Source: Isurus oxyrinchus
Lineage: Eukaryota
Direction of reading: 5' to 3'
Assembly (NCBI GenBank): GCA_026770705.1
Contig: JANJGN010000021.1
Span: 80,166,001-80,230,000, forward strand
Length of the DNA: 64,000 bases
Positions 13,225 to 24,100 of this stretch are shown here, in pieces. Below the pieces are notes generated by a model that did no database searches, had not been told where the DNA came from, and saw only the letters and a list, made by a program, of their open reading frames with translations. Numbering within the stretch: position 1 is the first letter of the stretch; each line of letters starts with the position of its first letter. Made by a program: the position numbers and the translations under genes.

Positions 13225-14657
13225 AGAGGTGCCAGAGGACAGCCAATGTGGTACTGTTATTCAAGGAGGGAGGAAGGGATAAACCAGCGAACTACAGGCC
13301 AGTCAGTCTAACCTCAGTGGTGGAGCGACTATTGGAAGCAATTCTGAGGGACAGAATTAATCTACACTTGGACAGCCAGGGATTAATCAAGGACAATCAG
13401 CATGGTTTTGTTAAGGGGAGATCATGTCTGACCAATTTGATTGAATTTTTCGAAGAGATGACCAGGTGTGTAGATGAGGGCAATGCATTTGAAGTAATCT
13501 ACTTGGACTTCAGCAAGGATTTTGATAAGGTCCAGCATGGGAGACTGATAACGAAGGTAAGAGCCCATGGGATCCAAGGCAATTTAGCAAATTGGATCCA
13601 GAATTGGCTGAGTGGCAGGAAGCAGAGGGTGATGGTCGAGGGGTGTGTTTGTGACTGGATGCCTGTATCCAGTGGGGTTCCACAAGGATTGGTGTTGGGT
13701 CCCTTGCTGTTTGTGGTATATATAAACGATTTAGACTTCAATGTAGGAGGGTTGATCCGCAAGTTCGCGAAAATTGATGGGGTGGTAAATAGTGAGGAGG
13801 ATAGCCTTAGATTACAGGAGGATATAGACGGGTTGGTCAGATGCGCTGATCAGTGGCAAATTTAATTTAATCCAGATAAGTATGAGGCGCTGCGCTTGGG
13901 TAGGACAAACAAGGCATGGGAATACACGATGAATGGTAGGAGCCCGGGAAGTACCAAGGATCAGAGGGTCCTTGGTGTGCATGTCCTCTGGTTCCTTAAG
14001 GTAGCGGAACAGGTAGATAAGGTGGTTAAGAAGGCTTATGGAATACTTGCCTTTATTAGCTGAGGCATAGAATAAATGAGCAGGGAGTCTATGCTGGAAG
14101 TGTATAAAATGCTGGTTAGGCCACAACACTTGCTGTTCTGGAATCCGCATTATAGGAAAGATGTGATTTCACTGGAGAGAGTGCAGAGGAGATTTACTAG
14201 GATGTTGCCTGGACTGGAGAGTTTTAGTTATGAGGAGAAATTGGATAGACAGGGGTTATTTTCCTTGGAGCAGAGGAGATTGAGGGGGGACTTGAGGAGT
14301 ATAAAATTATGAGGGGCATAGATAGGGTAGACAGGTAGGAACTTTTCCCCTTGATGGAGGGATCAATAACCAGGGGGCATAGATTTAAGGTAAGGGGCAG
14401 GAGGTTTAGAGGGGATGAGAAAAAGAATTTTTTCACCCAGAGGGTGGTGGGAATCTGGAACTCACTTCCTGAAAGAGTGGTAGAGACAGAAACCTTATAA
14501 CATTTAAGAAGTATTTGGATGTGCACTTGCGATGCCATGGCATACAAGGCAATGGGCCTAGTTCTGGAAAATGGGATTAGAATAGTTAGGTACTTGTTTG
14601 ACCGGCGCATACTCGATGGGCCGAAGGGCCTTTCTCGTGCTGTAGACCTCTATGATT
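13225..14657 (+). mobile_element. 5'-truncated CR1 LINE (ORF2 RT and 3' UTR), inactivated
   Basis: NYRPVSLTSVV, QHGFVKGRSCLTNL, YLDFSKDFDKV, SGVPQGLVLGPLLF and LERVQRRFTRM motifs with stops and frameshifts. 3' stem-loop GGGCCGAAGGGCC and a CTCTATGATTC tail. Confidence 0.95.
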
Positions 14658-14704
14658 CATTTTCTGTTTTTATTTCTAATTTCCAGCAGGACTAGTTGAG
14701 AAAA

Positions 14705-15185
14705 TGTCTAATAATACATTGGGGATCCTGGGCTTTATAAATAGAGAATTGGAGTACAAAAACAACGAAGTTATGGTTCCGGGAATGGGAGACTTCAATT
14801 CAGAGGATAGATTGGCTAAGTTTAGCAGAGAATGTTCAGGGGAGATTTGATAAAGGTGTTCCAAATCATGGGGGTCTGCAGTGGGTAAATAGAGAGTAAC
14901 TGTGGCAGTGGAATCAGGAAACAGAGGGTACCGATTTAAAGTGACTGGCAAAAGAAGCAACGGTGACATGAGGAAATCTTTTTCACACAGCGAGTGTTTC
15001 AGATTTGGAATGGTCTGCCTGAGAGTGTGGAGGCAGATTGAGTCGTGTCTTTCAAAGGAAAATTGTATAATTACCTGAAGGGAGAAAAAAACGCAGGTCT
15101 GTAGGAAATGGGACCAGCCGAGTTGTTTCTACAGAGAGCCGGCACTGACAAGACGGGCCGAACGGCCTCCTTCTGTAGTGTTATT
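14705..15185 (+). mobile_element. Older CR1 3'-end fragment directly upstream of the B2M promoter
   Basis: LGILGFINRELEYKNNEVM-like ORF2 C-terminal remnant, TTTTCACACAGCGAGTG, and the terminal GGGCCGAACGGCCTCCTTCTGT motif. Confidence 0.75.
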
Positions 15186-15314
15186 ATTTTGAGTGCATGT
15201 TCCTATGTGTTCCTACATTTATGTTTATGTTCATGTTCACTAACTGTATATGTACCCGAACTCTGAACATGGCTATGGCTACGTGAGAACAGCCTATTGT
15301 TGCCGGTCGACAGG

Positions 15315-15326
15315 AGTTTCGTTTTC
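15315..15326 (+). promoter_or_regulatory. ISRE (interferon-stimulated response element) of the B2M promoter
   Basis: AGTTTCGTTTTC is an exact match to AGTTTCNNTTTC, ~330 bp upstream of the B2M ATG. B2M and MHC-I promoters are known to carry ISREs. Confidence 0.75.
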
Positions 15327-15368
15327 ACGGCCCTTGCGGAGCCGCCCTCTCAGACTTGCCTGTTTCAC

Positions 15369-15434
15369 AAACTCTACAGCAGTCTTTTACCCGGAGACCG
15401 GTGACCCTGTAGGATAGAATATTACGATTGGCTG
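15369..15434 (+). promoter_or_regulatory. SXY (S-X1-X2-Y) module of the B2M promoter
   Basis: S-like AAACTCT at 15369-15375, X1/X2 GGAGACCGGTGAC at 15393-15405, a 20-nt spacer, and Y box GATTGGCTG at 15426-15434. Confidence 0.7.
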
Positions 15435-15447
15435 AAATGGGGACGGT

Positions 15448-15514
15448 GGGCGGTGCCGAACGTGGTTGCTTATTTTCTGATTGGTGCCGGGCCGCTTGTT
15501 TGTTACAGTTTAAT
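15448..15514 (+). promoter_or_regulatory. Proximal B2M promoter: GC box, second inverted CCAAT, TATA-like element
   Basis: GGGCGG at 15448-15453, CTGATTGG at 15477-15484 and GTTTAAT at 15508-15514, within a locally CpG-rich stretch (~15290-15800). Confidence 0.55.
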
Positions 15515-15649
15515 CGTGAGTCCAGGATGCGAAGAACAGAAGCTGCGGGAGAAGAGCCAGAGTTCGGAGGGAGTTGGAGTGAGTCCGGACCCGAGCTCGG
15601 ACTGAACCTTTTTACCTGAACTTGAGATCTCCCTAGGGAACCTACAACT

Positions 15650-15701
15650 ATGATGCTGAAACTTGTGGTCCTGTCCGTGGTCTCGGCCCTGTGCCTGGCT
15701 G
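15650..15701 (+). CDS. B2M: B2M exon 1 coding part (signal peptide)
   Basis: ACAACTATGATG start context, hydrophobic MMLKLVVLSVVSALCLA, donor G|GTAAGT at 15701/15702. Missed by the ORF track because it is short. Confidence 0.9.
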
Positions 15702-18651
15702 GTAAGTGAGCTCGGTGTTTGAGGAGCTCCCGGGGTGAGTGCGCTACCGCTTCGCAGAGTTTAGAAAATAATTTAAACCTCAAGCGGACCATTCGGCCCC
15801 TCTCTCTGCAGGAACTCTCTCCTCAGCCCCGTTTCTTTTACAAAATACCCGCTAGATTGAGTCTTCTGTAGGAGCAGTGAATGGCCTAGCTTCCAGTTCA
15901 CAGCCGTGATGAGGAAGTCATTACCTTCTGAAGGGGAGCACTCCTGGAGGGCGGCCTTCTGAAGGGGAGCACTCCTGGAGGGCGGAATCTTGAACAATAT
16001 TTCATAGATCTTTATTGCTTCACCGCCCAGATAATATTCTGAATTTATGCAACTCACTTCCACGTGACTGCTTATGTTAGTGATAGTGTAAACGTGTTTG
16101 TGAAGTTGATGTGCGAGTTTGTGCTGTTATGACTCTGACCAGAAGTCCCATGAAAAATGCACATTTTGTTCATTAGGACTCAACTACTTTCAAACCCATC
16201 CTCAGTTTTCTCTATATATTGTATCAAAAAATGCTGGAAACACAACCGTCTGGCAGTATTGGTGGAGAGAGAAACAGAGTTAATGTTTCAGATCATTGAT
16301 CTTTTGTCAAGCTGAAATATAAACTGTTTCTCTTTCCGTAGATGTGCTGAATATTTCCAGCATTTTCTGTTCCTATTCGAAATGTTCAGCATCCGGAGCA
16401 TTTTTCTTTTTTCCAGATATCAGTTCAAACTTTTACTTTCATTTTTTCATCTCTCGCTGTCTTCTGTTTTCAGTGTCTTCTATTTCTCACCACTTTGCTT
16501 TTTCAATATTCTGTCCCATATGGATGTGTCCCATCCACTGGGAGAAGAAATTCTAGTCAATTTATGGATATTTCCCAGAGACTAGGAGTGAGAGACCCCA
16601 GCCAGTGTATTTGTATCTCCCAGAGACTGAGACCGAGACACCCCAGTCAGTGTATGGAGATCTTGCAAAGACTGGGACTGAGAGATCCACTTAGTGTATA
16701 GATTTCTTCCAGCCTCAATATCTAGGAGATAGACCCCAGTCAGTGATGGTGAAGAATATGAATGCAGTTTCTGTTAGTTTGCTCTGTCTCTGAACCTCTG
16801 CTCTGTCCCTAGGTCCTCCAAATGTACAGGTGTATACGTACAGACCCATAAGGGAAGGTGAAAGCAATGTGCTGTTCTGTCATGCCAAAGATTTCAGCCC
16901 CCCCAACATCAAGCTGGAGCTGTTGGAGAATGAAAATGTCATACCCAATGCCAACCAGTCTGACCTCTCCTTCGAGGCAGATTGGAGCTTCAAGCTCACT
17001 AAATTTGTTGAAATCACCCCCAAGAACGGAGTCAAGTACGTCTGTAGGGTGGAACACAATGGTGCTTCAAAAGTCATTCAGCTTGGTAAGTAATCTGTCT
17101 GTTCGTCATGACTAATGTGCATCTACACAAACGCTCCCACACATACTCTGCCCTCTGTGATATCAGCTCATCAACTGCAAGCTTCATCTGACACACAACT
17201 TCCGCAAAGTGGCAAGCAGAGTTGGATAGCCACTCTGTGCCTACTTCTTAAAATTTTTTCAATCCTGTCTCACCCAACAGTCTGACTGAGGCCAGGCAAC
17301 ACTGCAGGGTAGTGCGCTCCTAAAGCCTTCAGTTGAATGCTGCTGCATCGGAGAGGAGGAGGCCACACCCCTTTTTTACAGCAGCAGTTGCCATAAATCC
17401 TTAGTGCCTGTTGTTGTAGATCAGGTGAGTTTAAAGGTCCAGCCTCTTTCAAGTCAGGGAGAAGGTAGGTTTGACAAATAACACTTAAGAATTTGGGGTG
17501 GTCGGCCAGTCTGGGATGGGTGGATGTGGGGGTTCAGCCACTTGTGCAGGGGGCTGGGTGGGGTATAAGAAAGCCCTATGTTGTGGGTGGAGAACAGTCC
17601 CATGGAAGGAGGGAGGCTCCTGGGGTTTCAGGAATTAGGAGTTTTCCGGGGGGGTTTGGGAGTCTTGTGTTTTAGGGGTTGCTGTAGATCAGTACAATAG
17701 TTACTCAGAAACTGGAAATGGTTATCATTATTCAGCCTTTTTCTGAGTGGCCATTGATGTAAGACAGCCAGAACCATCAGAGATTTGCAATTTAAATTGC
17801 ATTTTCAGATGGTTCTCAGTGCAGGGGAATTGCCCATCGGAAGTTTGCACTTCTTGGGCAATTGCCGGGCAAATCTTGCCTGGAAACCTCAGTGGTGGGG
17901 GGGGGGGGTTGTGTGTGTGTATGTGTGTGTGTGAGACAGTGATGGGAGATTGAGGGGGAGGTGGGAGAGTGAGATGAGGGTGGTGTGTCGGTGGTGGGAG
18001 ATTGGGGGGGGTGACATTGGTGGGGGAGCAGGGGGTGGTGGGGGGGGGCGTGTGGTTCCCCAGCATATCTTTGGTGTTACCCCCCCCCCCCCCCCTCCTT
18101 TTACACTGACCTGGAGCTCAGAAGTTAAGGCCAATAATCCTGTAAACATAGGCTCCTCTTCCACTGACATCAACAGTTGATTAGACTCCATGCGAGATAT
18201 CAGTCAGTCAAAGCAAACACTCCAGTTCATCCTGTCAAAACAGACCCCTGTTGAGATAACCCATATGTGAGACTTGGACCTAAGCCAAGCTCATCTGGAA
18301 ACTGTGTTGGCAGAAACAGATGCCCAGACACCTATTTCTCCAGCTGGGCTGATTATGAACGCTTGCACCTGTGGGTTCCAAAGCTTGCCACCGCTGCGAG
18401 TTTCCTCAACTCGTGTCTGGGTCTCTTGAAGATTCATTTTTAGAGATTGATTGCTGACTAGTTAACAGTTCCTTATCATTTTATCATATGACAAGGATGG
18501 TGGAGGGCCAACTAGATGGACCTTGGTCTTCCAGCTGGTGATTCCCATGTTCCTTTTATGTGAATTGAAGCCTGATTGACTGGTGGGCAGCTGTAAATTT
18601 TGATTACGGACTAATGATTTTTCTGTGCTTCCACCCACAGACAGCTACTAG
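15650..18651 (+). CDS. B2M: Beta-2-microglobulin, spliced CDS join(15650..15701,16813..17085,18641..18651), 111 aa
   Basis: Translation: MMLKLVVLSVVSALCLA-GPPNVQVYTYRPIREGESNVLFCHAKDFSPPNIKLELLENENVIPNANQSDLSFEADWSFKLTKFVEITPKNGVKYVCRVEHNGASKVIQL-DSY*. Signal peptide plus an Ig C1 domain with B2M hallmarks (P.VQVY, C...F.P..I, SDLSF..DWSF, Y.CRV.H). Both introns are GT-AG and phase 1, as in other vertebrate B2M genes. 52+273+11=336 nt, in frame. Confidence 0.96.
15924..15985. repeat. Exact 31-bp tandem duplication in B2M intron 1
   Basis: CCTTCTGAAGGGGAGCACTCCTGGAGGGCGG at 15924-15954 and 15955-15985. Confidence 0.95.
16226..16416. mobile_element. Palindromic module built from two opposed Penelope-tail sequences, in B2M intron 1
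   Basis: AAAATGCTGGAAA (~16228-16240) pairs with TTTCCAGCATTTT (16354-16366). GGAGAGAGAAACAG (16264) pairs with CTGTTTCTCTTTCC (~16324-16337). Both arms resemble the tail at 12590-12690. Confidence 0.7.
16535..16745. repeat. Degenerate 45-bp minisatellite (~4 units) in B2M intron 1
   Basis: CA(G/A)AGACT recurs at 16576, 16621 and 16666, each followed by ...AGTGTAT.... Confidence 0.7.
16813..17085 (+). CDS. B2M: B2M exon 2 (Ig C1 domain)
   Basis: Acceptor CTCTGTCCCTAG|G and donor G|GTAAGT. Overlaps the track ORF 16830..17093. Confidence 0.97.
17190..18132 (-). mobile_element. Non-autonomous DNA-transposon-like (MITE-like) repeat in B2M intron 2; second copy at ~31655-32823
   Basis: Blocks align in reverse complement with the downstream copy, e.g. 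17421-17475 vs ~32570-32625 and 17730-17865 vs ~31750-31860. Ends resemble AACTTC.../...GAAGTTAAGGCC. Confidence 0.7.
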
Positions 18652-18666
18652 CCTGTCACAGCAGAG
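18641..18666 (+). CDS. B2M: B2M exon 3 (last residues DSY, stop 18649-18651, then short UTR)
   Basis: Branch-like CTAAT, pyrimidine tract and CCCACAG|AC AGC TAC TAG, followed by donor GAG|GTAAGC at 18666/18667. This 26-nt exon fits the typical tiny B2M exon 3. Confidence 0.88.
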
Positions 18667-18762
18667 GTAAGCACTGTCTTACAATCGAGCTGCCATGGTT
18701 ACTGAGGGGACCTGATCAGCACAAAATTCAATTCGACGCCCTGTGTTTTTCTTCTTTGCCAG

Positions 18763-19965
18763 TGGACAGTGTGGTGACACTAGTCAATGAAGCAATCTCT
18801 TTGGGGGATAAAATCAGCTTTATTTCAACCTATTTTCAAATGTAAAATTTTAAAACAAAACAATAACTTGATAGTGTAGATCAGACATCTACAGTTTGTG
18901 TGGTGGGAAGTAAGTTTGCATTTAATTCTGTAATCTCTGTAATTTACGTCCCAGACTGTGTCTGTTTCTGAGAGAGTTTTAGCTTCTCGCCTGTATCAGT
19001 CGGTGCAATTGTGAAGTGTTGATTTGGCTGGTTTGAAATTGCTACAAGGCTACAATTTGCATTACATTGCAAATTGAAACAAAAACTGGATGTAAGTGCA
19101 AGAAAAAAGCCCAGTCAAAATCTGATCTGAAAAATTCATTTGTCACCTCATTACAAAACCCAATTCTGTTTGAGTGTTAGAGAACTCGATACCTGAGCAG
19201 AAGGATATTCAAAGCTCTCGGACAATTGGCTCAATCACTTGAAGAATCTATGTAGATTTGTTTTTAGATTCAAAGTTTTTGTTTCCCTTGCTGTGAACAG
19301 CAGTTGCACAAATTATTCCCTGTTTTATACTCCACAGAGCAATAGTCACACCAAGTTCTATTTTTAAAAAATTACTTATGGGATGTGAGCCAGTGTTGAC
19401 TCACCATCCCTAATTGCTCTTGTGAAGATGGTGCTGAGCTGTACACCCACAGTGCTGTTAGGGAGGGAGTTCCAGGATTTGGACCCAGTGACAGTGAATG
19501 AACAGCGATATATTTCCAAGTCAGGATGGTAAGTGTGGTGATGGTGTTCCCATCCATCTGCTGCCCTTTTCTTTCTAGATAGTCTGTGCTTCTAGATAGT
19601 CTGGACATTGGGTCCATTTTGAACACCTTAAGCCAGCCCCCACCTGCCTTTTTCCCACCTGGCTTCTCATTCCACCCTGATGATTCATCCTGGGAAACCC
19701 CGCAATCTGTGAGGAAATCTCAGCATCACGTATTTTAAGCAGTTGGAACATCACTGTTTTAATACTTGGACTTGGCGTAATACAGAGATTATCACCACCA
19801 CATAGATTAACTTTTAGAAGCATCTTCTGTAAATCATTGGCACCCTGCTAATTATTATGTACTTTTGCAATTGGGAATTTGAATTTGGAGGGTATATTGT
19901 TGTTGACAATCTGCTATGTTCTCTATGCTTATTGGTTTGAATAAAATGATTTCTCCTTATCTCAT
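18763..19965 (+). other. B2M: Probable B2M exon 4 (3' UTR), candidate polyA signal AATAAA at 19940-19945
   Basis: Strong acceptor TGTTTTTCTTCTTTGCCAG ending at 18762 (96-nt intron). The first canonical AATAAA I found downstream is at 19940. The 3' end is uncertain. Confidence 0.5.
19375..19580 (-). mobile_element. LINE 3'-end fragment sharing its tail with the SINE at 38026-38378
   Basis: The reverse complement contains TWKYIAVHSLSLGPNPGTPSLTALW-like LINE C-terminal coding and ends GCAATTAGGGATGG...CTGGC...CACATCCCAT. Confidence 0.6.
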
Positions 19966-20394
19966 TCACACTAGCATTATTGTGTGTAATCCCAGTCAAG
20001 ATTAAAGATGGTAGACTAGAAAGAACTAGCTGATAATTCATTGAGGAAGCTTCCGCTCATTGAAGCATTGATCCTTCTGCTTGTAGTGATGTTTTTAGGA
20101 GTGTTCAGGTGTCAATTTGTATGTCAAACAAAAATAATTCACAGTGAAACAATCTTTGAAAGATATGCACAAACCCAGTTACTTCTTGCCGTTTTATTCT
20201 GACCTTTCAATAAGAAGTGGTGTTGATAGCAAAAGGTGGGGCAAGGCAGATGCCCATTGAAAGAAGCTTCCAATAAGGAGAGATACTGGGCTGTGTTGGA
20301 CCACAAGCAATACCTGGACAGCAACTAATTGTTAAGAATCATATCCAGGATCATACTCCAAACACCTGGCTTCAGGCCCAACGGGTAGAATCAT

Positions 20395-20900
20395 TACAAC
20401 AATGTGTTTTTCCTATAATGCCTATAAAACATCCAAAGGCAACTTGCAAGGCATATCAATCAATATTTAATCCCAAGCCAAATAAGGACACTTCTCAGAA
20501 GGCTGTAAGGCAGGAGAAAATTATAGGGATAAAAAGGGGCGAGGCCCTGGAGAGATTTAAATACAATGATGAGAATTGTAAAACTGAAGTTGCTCAACAT
20601 TGGGCCAATGCAGGTCAACGAACATCCATGTAACTTGGTACAAGTTAGGATAGTGCAACAAAGATTTGGGTGAGCTGAAGTACAGGGAGAGCCGAAGATG
20701 GGAGTCTGTCCAGGATTACGTTGGAATAGTTGAGATTATAAGTAACATGGATTATATAAACATTAGGATTTGTCTGATCAGCAGTAGTTCTGCACTGGTG
20801 AACACAGCTGAATGGCAGTGAGCTGATGGGAACTGGGTTCAAAGGAAACCCAGGTGTGGTGGAAAGAAATGGTCTCTGGGTGTATGTGAGATGGGTTTGG
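20395..20900 (-). mobile_element. Degenerate L2-like 3' fragment
   Basis: The reverse complement of ~20395-20500 resembles the L2-type tail at 59230-59395. The upstream extent is approximate. Confidence 0.35.
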
Positions 20901-21184
20901 CCAATTTTAGCTTAGTACCTAGTAGGCTAAGGTCTACAATGGAAGCTGGTGTGACACAGGAGCTGTCAAGATGCTGTCCTAGAATATTTTTTTCTAACAG
21001 TGAGGGGGTGGAGTCACATATTTACAAATGACACAAAAGACTTTCTATGACCAGCACTATGTGCCTACATAGGAGTCACATGAAACAAAAATATAAATTA
21101 AAGGATTAATTTTGTGCAGGAAATGAAATCTAATTGTGCGATAGCACACATCGAGCATAAAGTTCTATCATGGACGAGTGGTTT

Positions 21185-24100
21185 ACCTCGGACAGTGACG
21201 GTCTGTGTCACTGCTCGAACACTACTGGGAGACAGAGTATATTGACGGTCAGTATCACAGATCACGCATTACTGGGAGAGACTGGACAGTGACGGTCAAT
21301 GAACACACATTACTGGGAGAGAGTGGTTAGTGAGGATGTATATCATGGATCACAAATTGCTGGGAGAGAGTGAACTGTGACAGTCAGTGTCACTGATCAC
21401 GTTACTGGGAGAGGCTGGTTAGTGATGGTCAGTGTCACATTACTGGGAGAGACTGGACAGTGATGGTCAGTGTCAATGGTCACATTACTGGGAGAGTGGA
21501 CAGTGTTGGTCAGGGTCACTGATCACACATTACTGGGAGAGAGTGAACTGTGACGGTCAATAGCACGGATCACAAGTTACTGGGAGAGGCTGGACAGTGA
21601 TGGTCAATGTCACTAATCGCATATTACTGGGAGAGTGAACAATGATGGTCAGTATCACAGATCCCACATTTCTGGGAGAGGCTGGACAGTGAGGGTCAGT
21701 GTCACTGATCACATCTTACTGGGAGAGAGTGGATACTGACGATCAGTGTTACTGATCACATGTTACTGAGAAAGAGTGGATAATGAGGAAGTATATCGCT
21801 GATCACATGTTACTGGGAGAGGCTGGACAGTGACGATCAGTGTCACTGATCATAAATTACTTGGAGAGACTGGATGGTGAACATCAGTGTAACTGATCAC
21901 ACTACTGGGACAGAGTGGTTAGTGAGGATGTATATCATGGGTCACAAATAGCTGGTAGTGACTGGACAGTGATGGTCATTGTCACTGATCACACATCACT
22001 GGGAGAAACTGGATGGTGGCGGTCAGTGTCACTGATTATACATCACTGGGAGAAACTGGATGGTGGCGGTCAGTGTCACTGATTATACATTACTGGGAGA
22101 AACTGGACAGTGGCGGTCAATGTCACTGATCACACATTACTGGGAGAAACTGGACAGTGGCAGTCAGTGTCACTGATCACATCTTACTGGGAGAGAGTGG
22201 ATACTGAGGAAGTATATCGCTGATCACGTTACTGGGAGAGGCTGGACAGTGACGATCAGTGTCACTGATCACAAATTACTTGGAGAGACTGGATGATGAA
22301 CAGTGTAACTGATCACACTACTGGAACAGAGTGGTTAGTGAGGATGTATATCATGGATCACAAATAGCTGGTAGTGACTGGACAGTGATGGTCATTGTCA
22401 CTGATCACACATCACTGGGAGAAACTGGACAGTGGCAGTCAGTGTCACTGATCACACATTACTGGGTGAGAATGGATAGTGACAATTAGTGTCACTGATC
22501 ACATGTTATTGGGAGAGCCTGGACACTGATGATCAGTATTACCGATCAGACATTGCTGGAAGAGGCTGGACAGTGACGGTGAGTGTCACATATCACACAT
22601 TACTGGGTAAGACAGGACAGTGATGGTGAGGGTCATGATCACACATTACTGGAGAGAGTGGATAGTGACGATTAGTGCCACTGATCACACTTCACTGGGA
22701 GAAACTGGACAGTGGCAGTCAGTGTCACTGATTACACATTACTGGGAGAGAATGGACGGTGGTGGTCATTGTCACTGATCACAAATTACAGGGAGGGAGT
22801 TGATAGTAAGGATGTACATTACGGATCACAAATTGCTGGGAGAGTGGATAGTGATGGTCAGGGTCACTGATCGCATATTACTGGAAGAGACTGGACAGTG
22901 ATGGTCAGTGTCAATGGTCACACATTACTGGGAGAGTGGACAGTGTTGGTCAAGGTCACTGATCACACATTTCTGGGAGAGAGTGAACTGGGACAGTCAG
23001 TATCACGGATCACACGTTACGGGGAGAGGCTGGACAGTGACGGTCAATGTCACATCACATATTGCTGGGAGAGAGTGAACAGTGATGGTCAGTATCACAG
23101 ATCCCGCATTACTGGGAGAGGCTGGACAGTGAGGGTCAGTGTCACTGATCACATCTTACTGGGAGAGAGTGGATACTGACGATCAGTGTCACTGATCACA
23201 CATTACTGAGATAGAGTGGATAATGATGAAGTATTATCACTGATCACACATTACTGGGAGAAACTGGACAGTGGCGGTCAGTGTCACTGATCACACATCA
23301 CTGGGAGAAACTGGACAGTGGCGGTGAGTGTCACTGATCACACATTACTGGGAGAAACTGGACAGTGGCGGTCAATGTCACTGATCACACATCACTGGGA
23401 GAGAGCAGATACTGACGATCAGTGTCACTGATCACATGGTACTGAGAGAGAGTGAATAATGATGAAGTATATCGCTGATCACATGTTACTGGGAGAGGCT
23501 GGACAGTGACGATCAGTGTCACTGATCATAAATTACTTGGAGAGACTGGATGGTGAACATCAGTGTAACTGATCACACTACTGGGACAGAGTGGTTAGTG
23601 AGGATTTATATCATGGATCACAAATAGCTGGTAGTGACTGGACAGTGATGGTCATTTTCACTGATCACACATCACTGGGAGAAACTGGACAGTGGCAGTC
23701 AGTGTCACTGATCACACATTACTGGGTGAGAATGGATAGTGACAATTAGTGTCACTGATCACATGTTATTGGGAGAGCCTGGACACTGATGATCAGTATT
23801 ACCGATCAGACATTGCTGGAAGAGGCTGGACAGTGACGGTGAGTGTCACATATCACACATTACTGGGAGAGACTGGACAGTGATGGTCAGTGTCAATGGT
23901 CACACATTACTGGGAGAGAGTGGATAGTGAAGATTAGTGCCACTGATCACACTTCACTGGGAGAAACTAGACAGTAGTGGTCAGTGTCACTGATTACACA
24001 TTACTGGGAGAGAATGGACGGTGGTGGTCATTGTCACTGATCACAAATTACAGGGAGGGAGTTGATAGTAAGGATGTACATTACGGATCACAAATTGCTG

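Noticed and set aside
13065-13865. 266-aa ORF as a host gene or intact RT
   Set aside because: It is a chimera of an inverted Penelope tail and a truncated CR1 ORF2, and the catalytic FADD motif is deleted (FAKIDG).
15527-15619. Possible uORF (MRRTEAAG...) upstream of the B2M ATG
   Set aside because: The ATG lies only ~13 nt after the TATA-like element and is probably upstream of the transcription start. It cannot be supported without TSS data.
15325-15792. 155-aa antisense ORF across the B2M promoter and exon 1
   Set aside because: No recognisable domain; it is explained by GC-rich promoter composition.
15872-15895. Possible micro-exon in B2M intron 1 adding GAVNGLASS-like residues
   Set aside because: The acceptor is plausible but the donor (GTTCAC) is poor. 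Direct exon 1 to exon 2 splicing already gives an in-frame protein with the conserved intron position.
16830-17093. Ig C1 exon as an MHC class I/II, Ig or TCR constant domain
   Set aside because: The SDLSF..DWSF and VQVY motifs, the directly spliced leader and the 3-residue terminal exon without a transmembrane segment identify B2M.
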